Assembly: GCF_006345805.1 (NCBI RefSeq)
Contig: NW_021836862.1
Location: 1-37,322 of the forward strand
From: Octopus sinensis
Taxonomy: Eukaryota
Length of the DNA stretch: 37,322 nt
Direction: 5' to 3'
The position numbers and the translations under genes were made by a program. The notes under the pieces are model-generated. The model had not been told where the DNA came from. It saw only the letters and a program-made list of their open reading frames with translations, and ran no database searches. Below, in pieces: positions 34,296 to 37,322 of this stretch (the stretch's first letter is position 1; every line of letters begins with the position of its first letter).

Positions 34296-34391
34296 TTAAT
34301 TAATTATAAAATAAATATCTATTTTTAATATCTTTGGTTAGATCGATTTATTATTATATTTATTTAAATCAGCATTTAAAATCACACCCAA

Positions 34392-36397
34392 ATGCATTAT
34401 GTGAACAATATATTCTCAAATGTACGTGGATTATACAACAGATTCAACTCCACGCCAACAAGTGGGGCAATCGACATAATTGTGATCGAACAACATGACG
34501 CCTCCTTTGCATCCACCCCTCTCAGGATAATATTCGGAATGATGCAAGTTCTCAAGACCAGCACGTTCTCTCCCTTTTACCCACATTCCAGATTGACGTC
34601 CAAATCAACGGCGCCCCAGTCAAATTGGACCTCCGACTGAATCAGTTCGGCCAAGTTTACTGGGAGAAGGAGGAAGAACCCACCCTCAGCAGAAGCCTCT
34701 CCACGGGAACACTCGGTGACCTCACTCCCCCATTTTAGACTTGCTGGTTTCGAAGGACGACGGAATAGTCCGCCAACACAGTTCTTCCCAGTCGAATTTG
34801 CACTGTGACCAATTTCCCACCCCCAAATGGATAACCCCCTCTTCCTGTCAGAGGTGGTGGGTGACGAGGACAAGTGTGTGCAGTACTTGGGACACTCCGA
34901 GTTGGCAGTGGAGTCGTCATTTAGGCGGGGAGTGAGGTCGAGCAAGTACTTCCCGGACTGCAAATGTCACCTTGTGGGGATTTGGAGACCACCGACGACT
35001 CCCTCGCTTTGAGGAGATTCAACGAGCATTTGGTTGCCTGGGAGGAGTACAGCAAGTCCCCCTCCTCTCTCCTCAACAACAAGAAACTTGTCTTTTTATT
35101 CGAAGGACGGTTGGGCTGTCACTTCATGTCCCAGTTTTCACACGTGGAACTCAATCCATTTGGTATCCCTTTCCGTGTTTGGGGCGCGTCTCCCGCAGGT
35201 TGGTCTGCCCACACACCACAGGAGGTGATCAAGTCACTCAACCGCTACCCCCCCAAGTCTAAGCGGAGTCTAGTAAAGAATATCATTTTGGGAGAAATGA
35301 GAACAGGTACAGTTACACATCAATAAAACACTCTCCACTTCCCCGTGGTTTGTCTGTTTTAACAATTCCAGAGGTTTGCCGACTCCAGCACGAGTGATTT
35401 CACCAACAGTGACTCGGAAATGAATTCCCCGCGCAAAACTTATTCCCTGAAGGCGGGAAACCTCTGTGATCGGCCTTGTCTTTTGAGTTCGAGATCATTG
35501 TGATGGCAAAGTTATATTTTGGTAGAGACAAATGAATTTGAATCCCGGCTGCAATCAGGCCACGTTTTCGGTGACCACGGCATACGTCCACGGTGAGATG
35601 TCGAATATTCGTGGTCGTATAAGGATAAATTGGTGGTCTCGGACATTGATGGGACGATCACCAGGTAGTGGGCAAGCTGTATTTCAGGACTGATGTGTTC
35701 GGACAAGTCCTGCCCTATTTGGGAATGAATTGGTGCCACAAAAACGTGATTCAGTTATTTCGGGCCATCAGCGACAACGAATACAGAATAGTTTATTTGT
35801 CCTCCCGCTCCATTGCCCAGTCGGCTTTGACCACTCAGTTCATCTCGAGTGTGCGGGAGGACGGGGTTGCTCTCCCGACTGGCCCAATCATGCTCTCCCC
35901 TTTCGGATTATTAAATGCCTTTAACAGGTGGGCTGTCCTATTGACTACAATTAGGGAGATTATTCACAAGTGCTCGCAAGAGTTTAAAATTAGTTGTTTA
36001 AATGAGATTGTGGACTTATTTCCCGATGAGGTCTCCAATCCCATCGCAGGGGGATTCGGCAACCGTGATACTGTGGGAGTTGTGTTGTGAATTGTGTAGG
36101 ACGAAGAGACATACCGTGCTTTGGGACTCCCCTCTACACGGATCTTTATAATTGACCACAACAGTAAGGTTGTGATTCCCAATAGTGTCAAGTTGTCTAC
36201 CAGGTAAGGGGTTCTTAACATGTAGTTATACGACGGTGAAGGAGCACGTCGATTCCTTTTTCCCTTCAACTTCGGATCTATTTGAGTCCCCTATTGTAAT
36301 ATATCAAACCGCAAGTATCTTACTCAATTGGATCAAATACGTCAACAAAATTTACCTTAGTGGCAAGAAGCATAATAAATCACTTCTAAAAACATAG
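34392..36397 (+). CDS. LPIN: Lipin/Pah1 phosphatidate phosphatase (NLIP plus LNS2), multi-exon, with apparent indels
   Basis: Motifs: NLIP ..SGAIDIIVIEQ..STP; middle FHTWNS; LNS2 VVSDIDGTIT (DxDxT), YLSSRSIAQ, LPTGPIMLSP, GFGNR, SYT..VDSFFP. Confidence 0.9.
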
Positions 36398-36448
36398 CGT
36401 TATTATTTAAATCTAAAAATGCGTTTTTATTTTCACCAAAAATAAACG

Positions 36449-37029
36449 CGAGATCTCCACTTGTGTGCAAACAATCGACCTGATTTTTTCTGGACAACTG
36501 CCTCCCTTGATCGTCTACTATATCAACTTGTTCAACCTCCTCTAAACCTTTTACTATCTCAAACTAAGGAATCATACATGTACTAAGATGTCAGACTTAC
36601 AATGTAAATAAGAAAATAAATTAAAAATATGTTATATATCAATTTTGAGTTTTATGAACTTTTGCATGCAAAACTGAGTCAGACGTTCCTAGACCTTAGT
36701 TTCTTTATAGGCTACACAATGTATGCTAATGGCCTATCTTAAGGGCCCTTCTACAAGAGGCCTGGAAATATGCTGTTATTGTAAAATCTCTAGAATACAT
36801 TAACAAATCCCTAAAAGATAAATAGTGATTACAAATTTGAAAACCTGAACTGTCTGAACTTTACATATTCTAACAAAAATGAGTCTTTATTTCCGACAAA
36901 ACACCCCCCGAGATCTCACTTGTGTGCAATTAATCGACCTGAATTTTTCAGGACAACTGCCTCCCTTGATCGTCTACTATATCAATTGTTCAACCTCCTT
37001 TAAACCTTTTTACTATCTCAAACTAAGGA
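36449..37029. repeat. ~120-bp direct repeat pair (36449-36570 and 36909-37029)
   Basis: CGAGATCTC(C)ACTTGTGTGCAA..GGACAACTGCCTCCCTTGATCGTCTACTATATCAA..ACTATCTCAAACTAAGGA occurs twice. Confidence 0.9.
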
Positions 37030-37044
37030 CTATTACGATTAACT

Positions 37045-37322
37045 TCCTAAATGACGTATCAATTAGATGTCCGCCCCATCATTTCGACGGTGAGGTGGCT
37101 TACCGTGGTTACAACGGGTAACGGGGAATCAGGGTTCGATTCGGAGAGGGAGCTGAGAAATGGGTGCCAGATCTATGGATTGCAGCAGGTGCGTAAATTA
37201 TCCATTTTGGCATAAGAGATAGTGATCATAAATAACGGATCCGGCATTTGCCAGGAGATCGTAATGAAATAACTGTAAAACCTTAATGAATGCAATTAGA
37301 GAGCAAGTCTGGTGCCAGCAGC
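37045..37322 (+). rRNA. 18S rRNA segment, 5'-truncated (about first 300 nt absent), runs off the window end
   Basis: Conserved 18S blocks: ACGGGTAACGGGGAATCAGGGTTCGATTC, GGAGAGGGAG, GCAGCAGG, GCAAGTCTGGTGCCAGCAGC. Intervening sequence is divergent. Confidence 0.92.

Noticed and set aside
36555-36590. CTCAAACTAAGGAATCATACATGTACTAAG loosely resembling the 18S 5' end
   Set aside because: The match is too weak, partly lies within the 120-bp repeat, and is not followed by collinear 18S sequence.

Overview
Eukaryotic (very probably metazoan) genomic DNA with tiny GT-AG introns (mostly 21-29 nt). The left ~26 kb is AT-rich and dominated by nested transposons: DUF659/hAT-like, CRE-clade, RTE-group, pogo/Tigger, Tc1/IS630-like, GIN/Ginger-like, and one apparently intact full-length R4/Dong-clade RT-RLE element with a 13-bp TSD. 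It also holds a VRK kinase gene. The right ~11 kb is a gene-dense, visibly more GC-rich block: CNOT1 (-, interrupted by TEs), 5'-truncated EB1 (+), LEKR1-like (+), MED13 N-terminal part (-), a five-intron Merlin/ISXO2 transposase (+) and lipin (+). The window ends in a 5'-truncated, divergent 18S rRNA segment. Tiny introns, metazoan-type genes and the divergent 18S suggest a reduced parasite such as a dicyemid, myxozoan or orthonectid; this is inference and was not verified. Many single-base homopolymer indels, even in the 18S, suggest an unpolished long-read assembly, so frameshifts alone are not evidence of pseudogenes. The most notable unexplained structure is a set of sequence-unrelated transposon ends sharing one architecture: TGTC...GACA termini followed by two tandem 16-17-nt repeats. 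Two of these elements have exact 5-bp TSDs, and a third region with such ends encloses an intron-containing GIN-like integrase. All protein identifications come from recalled motifs, not database searches.
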